DNA of 63,541 bases, the filler included, from Globobulimina sp. (Eukaryota): NCBI GenBank assembly GCA_003354225.1. It is 32 parts of 32 records of this genome, joined end to end, with 100 filler letters (N's around TTAATTAATTAA, not from the genome) between each part and the next. Parts side by side here need not be neighbours in the genome. Positions count along the whole stretch, not along the records: positions 1 to 1,890 come from PIVH01010857.1; positions 1,991 to 3,880 come from PIVH01010858.1; positions 3,981 to 5,870 come from PIVH01010859.1; positions 5,971 to 7,860 come from PIVH01010860.1; positions 7,961 to 9,850 come from PIVH01010861.1; positions 9,951 to 11,839 come from PIVH01010862.1; 26 more parts are not named here. The stretch is one strand, 5' to 3'. The notes under the pieces are model-generated. The model saw only the letters and a list, made by a program, of their open reading frames with translations, was not told the DNA's origin and ran no database searches. Below, piece after piece: positions 1 to 11,794 of this stretch; positions within the stretch are counted from its first letter, which is position 1, and each line of letters opens with the position of its first letter. The position numbers and the translations under genes are program-made.

Positions 1-178
1 TTTGCACTGTTTTTGTGTCTCAAATATGGATGGATTTGAACCGGTTTTTGTGTCTCAAATATGGATGGATTTGCACTGTTTTTTGTGTCTCAAATATGGA
101 TGGATTTGAACCGGTTTTTGTGTCTCAAATATTTGGCGCTCAAATATTGGATGGACTTGGCGCTGGTTTTTGTGTCTC
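1..178. repeat. Tandem repeat, ~35-bp unit with alternating A/B variants
   Basis: Units tttgcactgtttttgtgtctcaaatatggatgga / tttgaaccggtttttgtgtctcaaatatggatgga start at 1, 35, 70 and 105, then degenerate. Confidence 0.95.
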
Positions 179-385
179 GTTATTCGTCGCTCGTATTCAT
201 GTTGTTTATTATTTATAATGCCTCAAAATCTGGCAACCAAAGAATATAATAACGTAATGTTATTGCATTACCTGTTTCAGCATAGTTGCCTGTGACATGG
301 TGGCATAAATTATGACAATATTTTGTGATTACACGGTTGGTGTGGGGGGGGTTATCTAAACGACATTTTTACTGTGCTAAACAAA

Positions 386-1486
386 ATGTCATCGCGAAGC
401 TCCGCCTTACAAAAGGATGCCGAATTATTCAACACACTGCCATCGCTGGAAGATTATAAAAATGCCCAAAGAGTCAGAAATCAAACTGTGTTGTATAACA
501 TTGGCATACCTGAATCACAAGCGGAAACTAAACAAAACGCTGTAATTAGACAATTAATAAGTGCTCCAAATAAATTATTATTTGATAAGTTAGAGAATGA
601 GTTACAAGCAGAATTACAGTCAGATAACGATCCAAAAATTAAAAATTTAAAAGTACGGGATTTATTGATGTCGCAAAATGTTTTGTTAATACAAATAATT
701 GCAGCAAAAACACAACAAATGGATCCTAATGTTAAACAAAATATATTTATTTATTTTAGACATATAGTATTTAGAAAATATACATAGTATTTAACACAAA
801 TAATCACGGATAGAACATGTGAGTTACGGGAGAAAGTATATATTGAAGCTATTAAAATATTAAAATTATTAATGTCTATCAAAGTCTATGTACCGCTCAT
901 TAGAAAAATTATTAGATATACAATTAAATATCGTGGAGTATTGAATACAGAGAATGATATACCATCTGTTTGGGATTTAGTTTGCAAACCGTTAGACTCT
1001 GTAGACTTACAATTAGATTTAGATTTAGATGAAAATGATGAAAAAGAGGAAAAAGATTCATTGCAGTCTTTTGTTCATTTTCCAGAGTTTGATTTACTTA
1101 AACAAATTGAAAATAAAACACAAGATCTTGAGTTACAATTTGTGGAAAACAAAGCAGCAATAAATTTTTTTATGAAGGTGGTTGACTCATTATTCCAGGA
1201 AGTATTTAATGGTGTTATTATTATTGAATTAAGTTTAGTTAATTTTGTTAGTTGGATGCCATTTGATGAAAACCATGAAAGTTGTGAGGCAATGCGTGAA
1301 TTTATGATATTTACATTGATGAGACAGGATTTGGGAATTGGATTTGAGTTAAAGCATCTTACTGAATTATTTCAAACAGTTGGAGCACCTGATAAATTTG
1401 ATGACAAATCATACAAATTGATTGCATCTGACTTTGTACAATATTTACAATCTGACATAGATGCAAGACTTAAACAAAACAAATAG
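386..1486 (+). CDS. Hypothetical protein, probably two exons (ORFs 374-787 and 872-1486 joined by an intron ending near 814)
   Basis: The second frame is open from an acceptor-like ggatag at about 814 (TCELREKVYIEAIKILKLLM); no recognisable domain. Confidence 0.5.
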
Positions 1487-1550
1487 AACATTTAATAAAT
1501 AATTCTTGTATTCAAAAACTGTTTTTTTTGAACAAACAGCTTAAACAAGG

Positions 1551-1890
1551 ATGGCATTTGAAAGCCATGACAACAAACAGCAACAAACGCAAAAGAAAAA
1601 TCCTAAAATGGACGTATTTAAAGCACTTCAAATGGTTCACGATTACCGTAAAAATAAAGCATTATTCAAAATAAATAAAGAAAAAGCAATTAATGAAACA
1701 GAGTGCGTTCAACGAAGGATTTTCATCTTAAGAATTTATGCGAAACGAAATGAATTGAATTGAAGCAAGACACTGAAAATTCAAAGAGCGGGATGATAAT
1801 AACAAATATGCGGGATATTATTGTGAATGAATTGGATGTAAACTATGATTTGAATGCGTTTTTAAGTGATTATCGTTTTTGTGTGCATTC
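1551..1890 (+). pseudogene. Hypothetical gene frameshifted by a 5-bp tandem duplication; partial
   Basis: GAATT-GAATT at 1752-1761; removing one copy fuses ORF 1551-1763 to ORF 1760+ (RNELKQDTEN). Confidence 0.55.
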
Positions 1891-1990
1891 NNNNNNNNNN
1901 NNNNNNNNNNNNNNNNNNNNNNNNNNNNNNNNNNTTAATTAATTAANNNNNNNNNNNNNNNNNNNNNNNNNNNNNNNNNNNNNNNNNNNN
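1891..1990. other. Artificial contig-joining spacer (first of 31 identical spacers, one about every 1.99 kb)
   Basis: N44-TTAATTAATTAA-N44 recurs through the window; the intervening contigs fall steadily from 1890 to 1887 bp. Confidence 0.99.
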
Positions 1991-3551
1991 GCATGCTTTA
2001 TCGCTGCAGACCAATGCCGCATTTTGAGATAAATCAATGTTAAATTATTGTTCACAGACACCACCAACTCAGCTTTCTTGGCTTCCAATGCATTGTCTTC
2101 AAACACACAGTCAATCCATGTCAAGGCCTTTTGGTATTTTTTAGCTGCGCCGGAGTATCTATTCTGTTTAAACAATTTATTCCCTTCGTTTTTCGCATGC
2201 AAACAGTATTCGATCATGTCGATTGCTTTAACATTATCCGTACACATTAACTCATCCACAGCATTAATAACTATCTCATAAAATGTATCCATACCATCCG
2301 GACACGCTCGTTTGTTATGATTTAATTTATTATTTTTCAATTCATCCTCATCAACGTGTACATCATCGACATTTAACAACGTATTATCTAATATTTTAAA
2401 CACTGCTTTTTCTCCATTTTTCATAGTTTGAATTGCAATGTGAAACGCTTTGGTAAATCTATCATCATCATCCACAGTCAAGGAAACTTCAGCTCTCTCT
2501 GCTAAAATACATTCAACTCCATCATCAACATAATATATTTTGTATGTTATAGTTACTGTTGCATCAACATCAATGCATTCAGCGTCTTCATCATCAATCT
2601 CAATCAATATTCTTTTCTCAATTTGTCCCAGTGCTATATCACAGACGCGCCAATTGTCCCAATCTATTAATTCAACGTCATACTCCAACATAACACCACC
2701 GGGAACATTTAGCTCCGATTCTCCGTCATCTCCATATCCGTACTTGGATGCACATCGCAATATGCATCTCTCCCCCTTTTTCATTCTGTGTTAGTTAATA
2801 AATGTATTGCAATGATACTGAAACATATTCAAATATATATACTTAACGATGCAACGCCAAAACGCAGAACTGGAATAACATCCATGTCAGCAATGTTGAA
2901 TTGGAAGATATTGTTTCTATCTCGTGAACAATCGAATTTTCTGTCATTTAAATCAGGCAAAGTAGCGGTATAATGAATGAATACTTCGCTCTTTTTTGGT
3001 GGTTTGGTTAGCTTTGATTTTGTGATGATTTTTTTCTTTATGCCACCATCAGGCGTCAACATGACAAAATCATCGCGTAGCTCTTGTTCAGACAATGCAT
3101 AATATCTGGTGTTGGAGTTTGGCTTTTTGTGCTTTTTTTTCTTACGTTTACGTTTAAGTGATTTAACAACAAATGAAGAGCTTTTAATTTGTTGCGATGA
3201 AATATTGTCTTCAATCTGTAATTGAGTGGTCCGTGGTGTTTGTGTTATATTTATACAATTATCATTATTAATATCTAATGGATTGCTGTTGGACTTATTA
3301 TTTTGATCCGTTAACAATTTTAAGCCAGAACCGGTTATCGTTTCTGATTTTGTTCGATGTTTATCGGGAATGGATTCTGTGCCGTTTAATAATGGAGGTA
3401 AATAACCATTTGATGGAGTTATTGAATGTATGTGTGGCGTGTTAATGAATTTATTTGTGGCTGCAAGTATTCCATGTTCGTCTGAAATATCACAAAATTG
3501 AGATATTGCATCATTTTCATCACATTTTTTTGTTGAGTGCAACGTTGCCAT
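1991..3551 (-). CDS. Multi-domain FKBP-type peptidyl-prolyl isomerase with TPR domain (FKBP51/52/ROF1-like); 3' partial
   Basis: DGGIKKKI..VFIHYTATL..KFDCSRDR; the 62-nt intron 2847-2786 restores GVASMKKGE; second FKBP-like domain; TPR starting AKNEGNKLFK..AAKKYQKAL. Confidence 0.9.
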
Positions 3552-3611
3552 TATTTAATACATTCAACTATTATTATTATTATTTACTTAAAAAAAACTT
3601 TCAGATTAAAG

Positions 3612-3880
3612 ATGCTCTCTTTGCTTGTTTTACTCACCTTTTTCGCTGCTACACACAGTAAATGTCCCAAATTCGTCGGATATGATAATTTAGAAGCATA
3701 CAAGCTTGTACATGGCGACACAGCAACACCAGGCATACGGGTTAATTTAACCGATGCAATGACTAACAGTCAAGCAATGTGTTTAGATGGCAGTGTTGGT
3801 GTCTTTTATTTCCGCAAAGGATCAGGTGACGGATTAAACAAATTTCATGTATATTTAGAAGGTGGTGGCGGCTGCGCTGG
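3612..3880 (+). CDS. Pectin acetylesterase/Notum family protein with signal peptide; 3' partial
   Basis: MLSLLVLLTFFAATHS signal peptide; AMCLDGSVGVFYFRKG..FHVYLEGGGGC motif. Confidence 0.85.
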
Positions 3881-4238
3881 NNNNNNNNNNNNNNNNNNNN
3901 NNNNNNNNNNNNNNNNNNNNNNNNTTAATTAATTAANNNNNNNNNNNNNNNNNNNNNNNNNNNNNNNNNNNNNNNNNNNNTTATATTGAGAGCGGTGGAC
4001 ATTATAAATTTTATAATGATATATTAACATTTGAATCAGTATGAAATCGTAAAATCATAAATCATATGCTATTTATTATACTTTTTGCTTGCTTTTTTTT
4101 GTTTGATATAGTATTTGTTTGTTTTTGTATATTAATTTTACAGTTTGTGATGATCACTATTCAGCAGACGGGCTTTCACAGAAATCCGCAGCTTTTACAA
4201 ACAAACAGCGATATTTTACAAACAAAAAAAATCGGATT

Positions 4239-5063
4239 TCATGAAACATGATATTTTTTAACACGTTGTCTCCAGCTCCTTTTCTTTTTGGTCTTCATTG
4301 GCTTCTCTTCCTTACATTTGTTACTGTTATGAGTGGATATATTTGTGGTATTATCATTGTTTATCATTTTAGTGATTTTGCTATAGCTATTTGATGATGG
4401 TATTTTTTTAATTTTTGGCTTTGCAAATATAGCATCAAAATGTGTTTCATCCATTTTGTTTGCGATCAAATCATTATTAATAACACGGTGTGATACACTT
4501 TCCTTATATTCATCATTGAGAGATTTAAGCATATTTTCGCGTTGAGTTATGAGTATTTGCTGTTTAATGATATCATGTATTCCATGTTCAAACTTCTTTT
4601 CATCCAATTTATAATCAATCTGTTTTATATCTGATCTTTCCCAATTTATTATATTATGTTTATCCAATCCATCACTTTTTGATTGCTTTTCCAATTGTTT
4701 TGATGCAATATTTTGTAATTTTCTCTGTATTGCATTTACATTCAATTTATTGTTCTCGTTATTGTTATTATTCTGTTTTAATTTTGTTTGAATTCTTTGT
4801 AATGTCCCGACGATATTCGGTTTGTTATTTTCCGTCTCGAATATTTTCCGTCTCTTTGGTTCAGGGATTTGTCGGCCAAAAATATCTGTTTGTTCTCTAA
4901 AATTTAAACAAATATTAATGCGCAATAAACAAACGTGCAAATCGGTAATCATATTATCATACGTTGGATTTTGCAGTCTTTCATCAAAGTCATCATTGGA
5001 ATCATAGTCACGTTTTCTTTTGGTCATAATTTCGATCAATTGGCCACAACTGAAGTGGTGCAA
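4239..5063 (-). CDS. Hypothetical basic/Asn-rich protein
   Basis: 274-aa ORF with NLS-like clusters; no domain recognised. Confidence 0.55.
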   Translation of the reverse strand: MHHFSCGQLIEIMTKRKRDYDSNDDFDERLQNPTYDNMITDLHVCLLRINICLNFREQTDIFGRQIPEPKRRKIFETENNKPNIVGTLQRIQTKLKQNNNNNENNKLNVNAIQRKLQNIASKQLEKQSKSDGLDKHNIINWERSDIKQIDYKLDEKKFEHGIHDIIKQQILITQRENMLKSLNDEYKESVSHRVINNDLIANKMDETHFDAIFAKPKIKKIPSSNSYSKITKMINNDNTTNISTHNSNKCKEEKPMKTKKKRSWRQRVKKYHVS

Positions 5064-5363
5064 TGATTAATATTGAAAATTGTTGATGTTTTGGAAAAAA
5101 CTTTAAAGTGTGTCTCAGAAATATGATAATTTAAATGCGTGCTGTAAATTAAAATTATACTTTGTAACAATACAAAAATATATAACACAGAACAAATGAT
5201 GATATCCTGTTTTTTCATATATGCAAAACAGACAACAACAAAAAATTACAACAAAAAAACAATACAATATATATATATATAGAATATATGGATAGTACAT
5301 CTCAAAAGAAACAAAAACAAATTGAGGATATCAAAACCGTTATTTTTAGTATATGTTTGTTAT

Positions 5364-5870
5364 TTAATTCAACCATTTACATTTTTTTATTTCTTGTATA
5401 CTGACTCGATTCGCTTCAAACTGAAAGAATGATAGAAACAATGGCATTAAATGTTTATTGTTGACATATTTACTTTTATCCAATAGATTTAATAAATGTT
5501 TTAATTCTCCGTTCATAATTAACGAAAATGCTTTGTCGCTGCCGCGTGATTTTATAAATGGTGCATTGCCAATGACCATCATAAAAAAGCATACGCCCAG
5601 ACACCAAATATCATTTTTTCTGGCTGAAAACGCATTTTTTTTTTGCGAAACCTCTGGTGAAAAATAATTGGATTTGCCGCAAAATTTTCTGCAGCTAAAT
5701 TGCGGATTGTTTTGACCGCAAAATTTCTCCGCCACACCAAAGTCCACAAGCTTGATCTGTATGGAATCGTTATTAATTTTAATTTGCTGCATCTGGCCGT
5801 GACGAGAAAGATTTCCTTTAATGACAAAATTTTCGAGTGAAATATCAAAATGCGCTACATTTTGGCCATG
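5364..5870 (-). CDS. Ser/Thr protein kinase (CAMK-like), C-terminal part; 5' partial
   Basis: Frame open to the contig end: VAHFDISLENF..KLVDFGVAE..CGKSNYFSPEV..NDIWCLGVCFFMM. Confidence 0.93.
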   Translation of the reverse strand, partial: HGQNVAHFDISLENFVIKGNLSRHGQMQQIKINNDSIQIKLVDFGVAEKFCGQNNPQFSCRKFCGKSNYFSPEVSQKKNAFSARKNDIWCLGVCFFMMVIGNAPFIKSRGSDKAFSLIMNGELKHLLNLLDKSKYVNNKHLMPLFLSFFQFEANRVSIQEIKKCKWLN

Positions 5871-5970
5871 NNNNNNNNNNNNNNNNNNNNNNNNNNNNNN
5901 NNNNNNNNNNNNNNTTAATTAATTAANNNNNNNNNNNNNNNNNNNNNNNNNNNNNNNNNNNNNNNNNNNN

Positions 5971-6333
5971 CACAATTGCCTGAATGCGCAAGCAAAGTAT
6001 GGTATCATCTCAAAATTCTTTAAGCAAAGTACGTGCAAAGAAGTTTGTGAAGATACGAAGCATTTTATCATTGATTGTATGAGCTACGGGGTATATCGTC
6101 AGACAATGATGGAAGCGATGAATGTCATTTATGCAGAGACTTATGGTGACAGCCTATTTGATGTAGATAGTAAGGATTTGCTCAAATTTATATTGTTCCC
6201 ATTTCAAAGTGATTTATCAGAACATAGTATCAAAATGGACAAATTTGCAAGAAACAGTATGTTGGACAAAAGAATTGAAGTTTTAAAATGTTTATGTAAT
6301 TTCGTTAGAGATACCGGTAGATTTACCGATTAA
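5971..6333 (+). CDS. C-terminal fragment of a hypothetical protein
   Basis: Protein-like ORF near the contig start ending at TAA 6333. Confidence 0.4.
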   Translation, partial: HNCLNAQAKYGIISKFFKQSTCKEVCEDTKHFIIDCMSYGVYRQTMMEAMNVIYAETYGDSLFDVDSKDLLKFILFPFQSDLSEHSIKMDKFARNSMLDKRIEVLKCLCNFVRDTGRFTD

Positions 6334-6587
6334 AATACAAATCTTGAAATTAACAGAGTATTTAATATATTTATTTTTGTTATGACTTAATTGTGACTGT
6401 TTGTTTTCTGTTTTGTTGATCTGGTTTGCGGTGTGGTACGCACAGAGTTTGCATATGTTTTGTTTGTTATTACTGTATTTGCAGTAATTCACTTTTGCGA
6501 TACGAACTTTCATGTGTTTTGTGTTTGTATCATATATTTAAATTTTAATTACAAGATAACTCAGTTTTGCTTTCCGTGTTTAAAAAA

Positions 6588-7171
6588 GTATATAAATATT
6601 ATATAAATAGTATATAAATATTATATAAATACTATGTAAATATTATATAAATATTATATAAATACTATGTATAAGTTTATATAAATACTATATAAATACT
6701 GTATAAATAGTATGTAAATACAATGTAAATATTATATACAGCTGATTGGATTAACAACCGATTCCCACGAAAGAAACGATTGAAAACAGTGAATGCAATG
6801 AAATCTGCAGCATACGATGATGACAAAGAGCAGGAACATAATATGGAAATGCAATGTGAATTATTGTCGCGTTCTCTCGCTTGGACAGATTTTGTCATGA
6901 TATATAAATAGTATATAAATAGTATACAAATACAATATAAATACTATTCTATATAAATAGTATATAAATAGAATATAAATAGTATTTAAATAGTATATAA
7001 ATGTATCATACAACATTTATAGCTGATTGGACTGAGAAATCGTTTAGGAATTTGGAACAAAACGAACCATATGTTCATCATCCAAACATTGTGAAAGTAT
7101 TATGTTTCCAGTGTATGTTATAAATGATATATAAATAGGATGTAAACATAATGTAAATAGTATGTAAATAG
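6588..7171. repeat. 11-bp AT-rich minisatellite blocks (consensus TATRTAAATAG/C/T) at about 6588-6741, 6900-7002 and 7118-7171
   Basis: Repeated tatataaatag/tatataaatat/tatgtaaatac units read directly. Confidence 0.9.
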
Positions 7172-7289
7172 GAGTACATGTTGTTGCTGGCATCGGGAAC
7201 GTCTTTGTTTGCCAGTTAAAGGACAGGTCGATGAAGACAAAGGAAAAGAAAGGACAAGCGATGTGAAGGAAAATACAAGCAAATTATAA
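6742..7289 (+). CDS. Putative spliced 3' part of a hypothetical gene (exons 6742-6893, 7023-7090, 7172-7289)
   Basis: GT-AG splicing gives one open frame DWINNRFPRKKRLK..SLAWTDF|LIGLRNRLGIW..QTL|STCCCWHRERL..SKL*; the upstream exon is unresolved. Confidence 0.4.
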
Positions 7290-7374
7290 TATTAATGGTA
7301 CATTTTGATTTATATCCTTGCTAACACTTTTGATTTAAGTTTTTTTCTTCCAACCTTCTTTTTTTCTTCCAACC

Positions 7375-7860
7375 ATGACAACAGGTAGACTCTCACTAGA
7401 TATTGCAGGTGGAGGTTACATGTTTAATTTTGGGATAAATATAAACGAATTTTTATTAGCTAAATTGAATATAAAATTGAACAAATCGAATGTATTTAAA
7501 GACATCGCTGTTAAATTCAATACTGCCAAATTATGGAGAGTGGCATATTTGAATAAATTAGTAATGGTTTTACGATTATACTTAAGTGTTGGCAAAAAAG
7601 ATTTAAAAAATGTATATGCATGACGGAAATTAAAAAAAAAATCGACAGAAATTTATAATTTATTAAATGATAATGTTAAAGAATTTGAGGAAATATTAAG
7701 TTCGTGGTATGGTCAGCAAAAAAGTCTTTCAGAAAGTTATTTATTATTTTTTAGAAATATTCAGGTATGTTTATATCCACGCAAAAGCGCATAATCTGCA
7801 TTGTACATTAATAAACAGATAAAAACAAACAACAAATCTCAAATAGTTATTTATATAGTA
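7375..7860 (+). pseudogene. Hypothetical gene with an in-frame TGA; 3' partial
   Basis: The frame stays open past TGA 7621-7623 (RKLKKKSTEIYNLL..FRNIQ) up to a GTATGT donor at about 7765. Confidence 0.45.
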
Positions 7861-7960
7861 NNNNNNNNNNNNNNNNNNNNNNNNNNNNNNNNNNNNNNNN
7901 NNNNTTAATTAATTAANNNNNNNNNNNNNNNNNNNNNNNNNNNNNNNNNNNNNNNNNNNN

Positions 7961-9263
7961 CATTTGGTGTTAAAAATGTTTCATTGATCATTGCATTGAA
8001 TATTTTTACTGCTTTATGAATCTGTCCATTCTTTCCGTAAGCACTGATCATTTGATTCCATAATTTTATCTCATTCATATATTTGTCATATTGCAGAGTT
8101 TTGATCTCAGCAAATATCTCATGACACAAATCTAATCTGTTTGCTTTTCCATAAAGGCAGATAAATTTCGTCTGAATATCTAAACTATGTAATATATGTT
8201 CATACTCTCTGCTGTTTTGTTTTAAATATTTATGAATCTTTAGTCCTACATTTAATGCAGTTTCATGGATACACGCTTTCAATACAACAACAAATGTAAT
8301 CTTGTTTGGTTTTATAATGTTATTCTTATTAGAAATGATCGTTTGGAACAGCTGGAAACACTCTTTGTTCATTCCATTGTGACTGAATGCGTTCATCATC
8401 ATAGTAATGCTCACAATGTCTCTTTTCTGCACAGGAATAAGCTCAAAAACAGTCGATGCTCTGCGGATATCTCCCATTCTGCCATAAAAACCAATTATTG
8501 CGTTGAATAATGATTGCAATTTAGAATGATAACTGTTAATGTTCAATGCATGGATGATTTCATGGCCATAGTTGAAATCATTGAGATTTAATGCTGCTTT
8601 GATCGCTAATAAATGAGCCACTTCGTCATGCAATGAATGGTACTGTTTGTACACTGATATTACTGTCGCATAATCTTTATTGTTGATATGAGCGGTCATC
8701 AATGCACAGACCAAGCTTGCATTTATTTTATGCGTTGGTACATTGTTGAATGTTTTGCATGCATTATTTATCTGTCTGCTTAAACCAAATGCATTGATCA
8801 ACGCACATTGGACAGGCATTTTATTTGGTAATTGAAGGGATTTTAGGATTGCTATACATTTTTGGATGTCGGTCAGAGAGATATTCTTCTTTCGTAAGAA
8901 GGTGGAACAACTTTTTAATAGCAGCTCATGCGAGATATGTTTCAAATTATTTGTATGCTTAATGTCCTCGTCCCAGATAGCAACTATTTTATGTGCTGCA
9001 CAAGAATGATTACTACAAATTTTAAGTACTTTGTTGATCGCAAAATGGTTTTTTGGTTCACTGATATTGTCGTAATGTTTGAGAAATAATAATATGGTTT
9101 GCTCGTCCAATTTGTGAGATAGGTTCACAGCTTTCATCAATTTAACATATTGAATGTTTGTCAAACCGCACACTCTCAATTTAACAGTGCTAACCATTGA
9201 GTTGCCATTATTTCTTTTTCTGAGAGTAAACATAAAAATAAACAACATCACTACAATAATCAT
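7961..9263 (-). CDS. Pentatricopeptide repeat protein with PLS-class-like repeats; 3' partial
   Basis: NAIIGFYGRMGDIRRASTVFE..DIVSITMMMNAFSHNG..PNKITFVVVLKAC..LWNQMISAYGKNG; likely ATG at 9197. Confidence 0.92.
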
Positions 9264-9299
9264 CCTTTCGTTTGTGCTGAAATTTCAAGAAGTTTCACA

Positions 9300-9850
9300 A
9301 TGAACAGACACCCTCGAGATCCCTTCGACCCATTCGATAATGATAACGGTTTCGATCCATTCAACGACCCATTTTTTAAACAATTTGAACAAATACAGTT
9401 AAAATATATGCTAATTATAATTGTCTGCATCACGATAAAACTATCTGCGTCCACGTACAGTCAAAGCATGTTTCGAGATTTTTTTGGCGATGAAGATAGG
9501 CCCTCCATATTCATCCAACATCCAAACTCATCAAAAACCCAAGCACCAAACCACAACAATGCCCCTGATCTGTCACAAATAAATCCCAATGCGCCACCAA
9601 CAAAAAATCACCAAAAAAATAATAACGCAAACACTGCACCAGCATTTTTCAAAATGTTCGATCATTTTTTCGAAGTTAAAAATTGCATTCATTCTCCCAC
9701 AAAAATGCTATTAATCTAACATTGATAGCCAGAGTATGACGATCATAAATTATCAGATATAAATCCCAATTTATCGGATAATGGGCCAATTATGAACAAT
9801 GACGGTGATAATAAAGGATTGATACATCCAAATGGAACACCGCCGGGCTT
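9300..9850 (+). CDS. Hypothetical intron-containing protein (DPF-rich N-terminus); partial
   Basis: MNRHPRDPFDPFDNDNGFDPFNDPFF; divergent from the PPR gene; probable short introns. Confidence 0.5.
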
Positions 9851-9950
9851 NNNNNNNNNNNNNNNNNNNNNNNNNNNNNNNNNNNNNNNNNNNNTTAATT
9901 AATTAANNNNNNNNNNNNNNNNNNNNNNNNNNNNNNNNNNNNNNNNNNNN

Positions 9951-11794
9951 TTATTATTATTTTGTTCTTTCTTTTGTCTTCGCTGTGCTTGAATCACTTT
10001 GTTTGGGTTTCTTTGGTTTTTAAATGGTAATTGATTGGCTGCACTGTTTTGATTGTTTGTCTTTGATAGTTTGCTATTCATCATATTGACCCGGAACGAT
10101 TCAGCATTCGCACTGCGGAATTTTACAAATTTTGGCATATTCGGGGCAACTTCAACGTGATGTAATTGTTTTGGGGGTTGAGGTTTGCGATGCTTTTTTC
10201 TCGGTGCTTTTTTATTTGGTTTCGGGTCATCATTAAATGTATACATTGTGGTATCGGGCAATGGTTGAGATGCAGAGGAAGATGGTTGTAAATTGTTGGA
10301 TGGATGTTGGAAATTGTTGGTAAATTTGAAGTTTTTGAAGGAATTCTCAAAGATTGGATTGGTTAAAAGGGAGGGATCGATATATGGATTATTCAAAATT
10401 GTCGGACTTTCCGTGTCAAATTCAATGTCTTTTTTCTCCGTATATTCAATATCTGAATTTGTTTCCTCCTCAAAATCTTCGTCCACCAAACCAAGATTTA
10501 ATAGCTGCTCATCCGCTGTTTGTACGGTGCCATTTGATATTACTTTGTCAGTTCTCATTGGTGCTGTGTTATTGTTATTGTTCGAAGGATCGGAGATGAC
10601 ATTGCTTGGTTGGGCCGCATTGCAATAATTTGATTGTTTGTTATCGGAATTTACTGAATTTATATTGGTATTTAATATAATTTTTTGGTTGTTTGTGGTG
10701 GGATTGCTGCTTTTGTATAACTCCGATATGGTAAAATTTCTATCAATTATACAATTTACTAATTTATAATGATCAATTTTTTCAAATTCAATATTTTTAC
10801 AATTCATATTAATGGTATCCAAATTTATAAATAGATTTACTAAAATGGCCGTATCACTGCAAATGGACATATTTAAAGTCCGAATATGATTGGATTGATA
10901 GCAACAAATACAAATTATTTCATCGTCGTCGTCTTCACAGCCACTGATAAAATGACCATAATGGCCGCATTTGATACATTTAATTTGGACAATTTTGGCA
11001 ATTTCACGTTGCATTTGTTTCTGTGATATTTTGCCCGATTTGCATTTTTGTTTGATTTTATTTGTTTGTTTCTTGACATAATTGGCCAATTCTGGGCATT
11101 TGTCATGGTCCACAAATTTCTTTCCGCAGTTACACGATTTGGCAGTTGCGAGGTAATCAAAATACAAATTGCTTCTTAATAATATCGCATATTTACGAAT
11201 TGTGCCGAACCTAAATATCATCGCAGGTAAACCTAATGATTCATCACCAATTATTAATTTCGGATTTATCCCAGATACCGTTATAGGCGTTGCAAATATG
11301 TTTTTTTCTTCGAATTCTAAGTCCATTTTAAACGGTTTCCCAACGCTTTGTATACAATTTTCTGCCGCAATAAAATCAATCATTCTGCTCCAACTATCCA
11401 TATTTATCCACCATGGTGTTGCTAAATCACTGCCCGTTTCATTGCTCATATGGTGTAAGGTATTTTTGCACCATCTTCGATTTTTGATGATATTGTTATT
11501 GATCACATCATCCGCCGATACTGCATATTTTTCAATCAATTTTGTTATATTCACATACTGCGCATTTGCTTCATTTACAATCTCATCATACCATAAATCC
11601 GCATTTACTGAGTCATCACTTAAATTATCTGAGTCATCATTCGAGTCTTCATTCATTGGCGAAGGGGCTAATTTGGCTTCGTTTAATTCATTTTTTGCCT
11701 GTTTCAATCTCTCTACTTTGATTTCATACGGTTTTATTAATGCGAATAATAGCGGTTTATAATCAACTTTCGCCACATCATAATTATTAGCCAT
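9951..11794 (-). CDS. Intronless zinc-knuckle protein, possibly gag/ORF1-like from a retroelement; 3' partial
   Basis: CIKCGHYGHFISGC (CX2CX4HX4C) followed by CICCYQSNH..C, then a long basic low-complexity tail. Confidence 0.55.

Noticed and set aside
1..178. CRISPR array (also considered for 55789-55865 and 56868-56956)
   Set aside because: The repeats are contiguous or have repeated, very short intervening sequence; there are no unique 25-45-nt spacers and no cas genes.
1935..1946. TTAATTAATTAA recurring about every 1.99 kb as a biological periodic repeat
   Set aside because: It is always embedded in N runs; it is a synthetic six-frame-stop linker.
11169..11762. Antisense ORFs overlapping real genes (e.g. 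11169-11762, 22561-22953, 48865-49209, 59116-59619)
   Set aside because: Shadow frames of coding sequence on the opposite strand, with S/F/L-rich non-protein-like composition.
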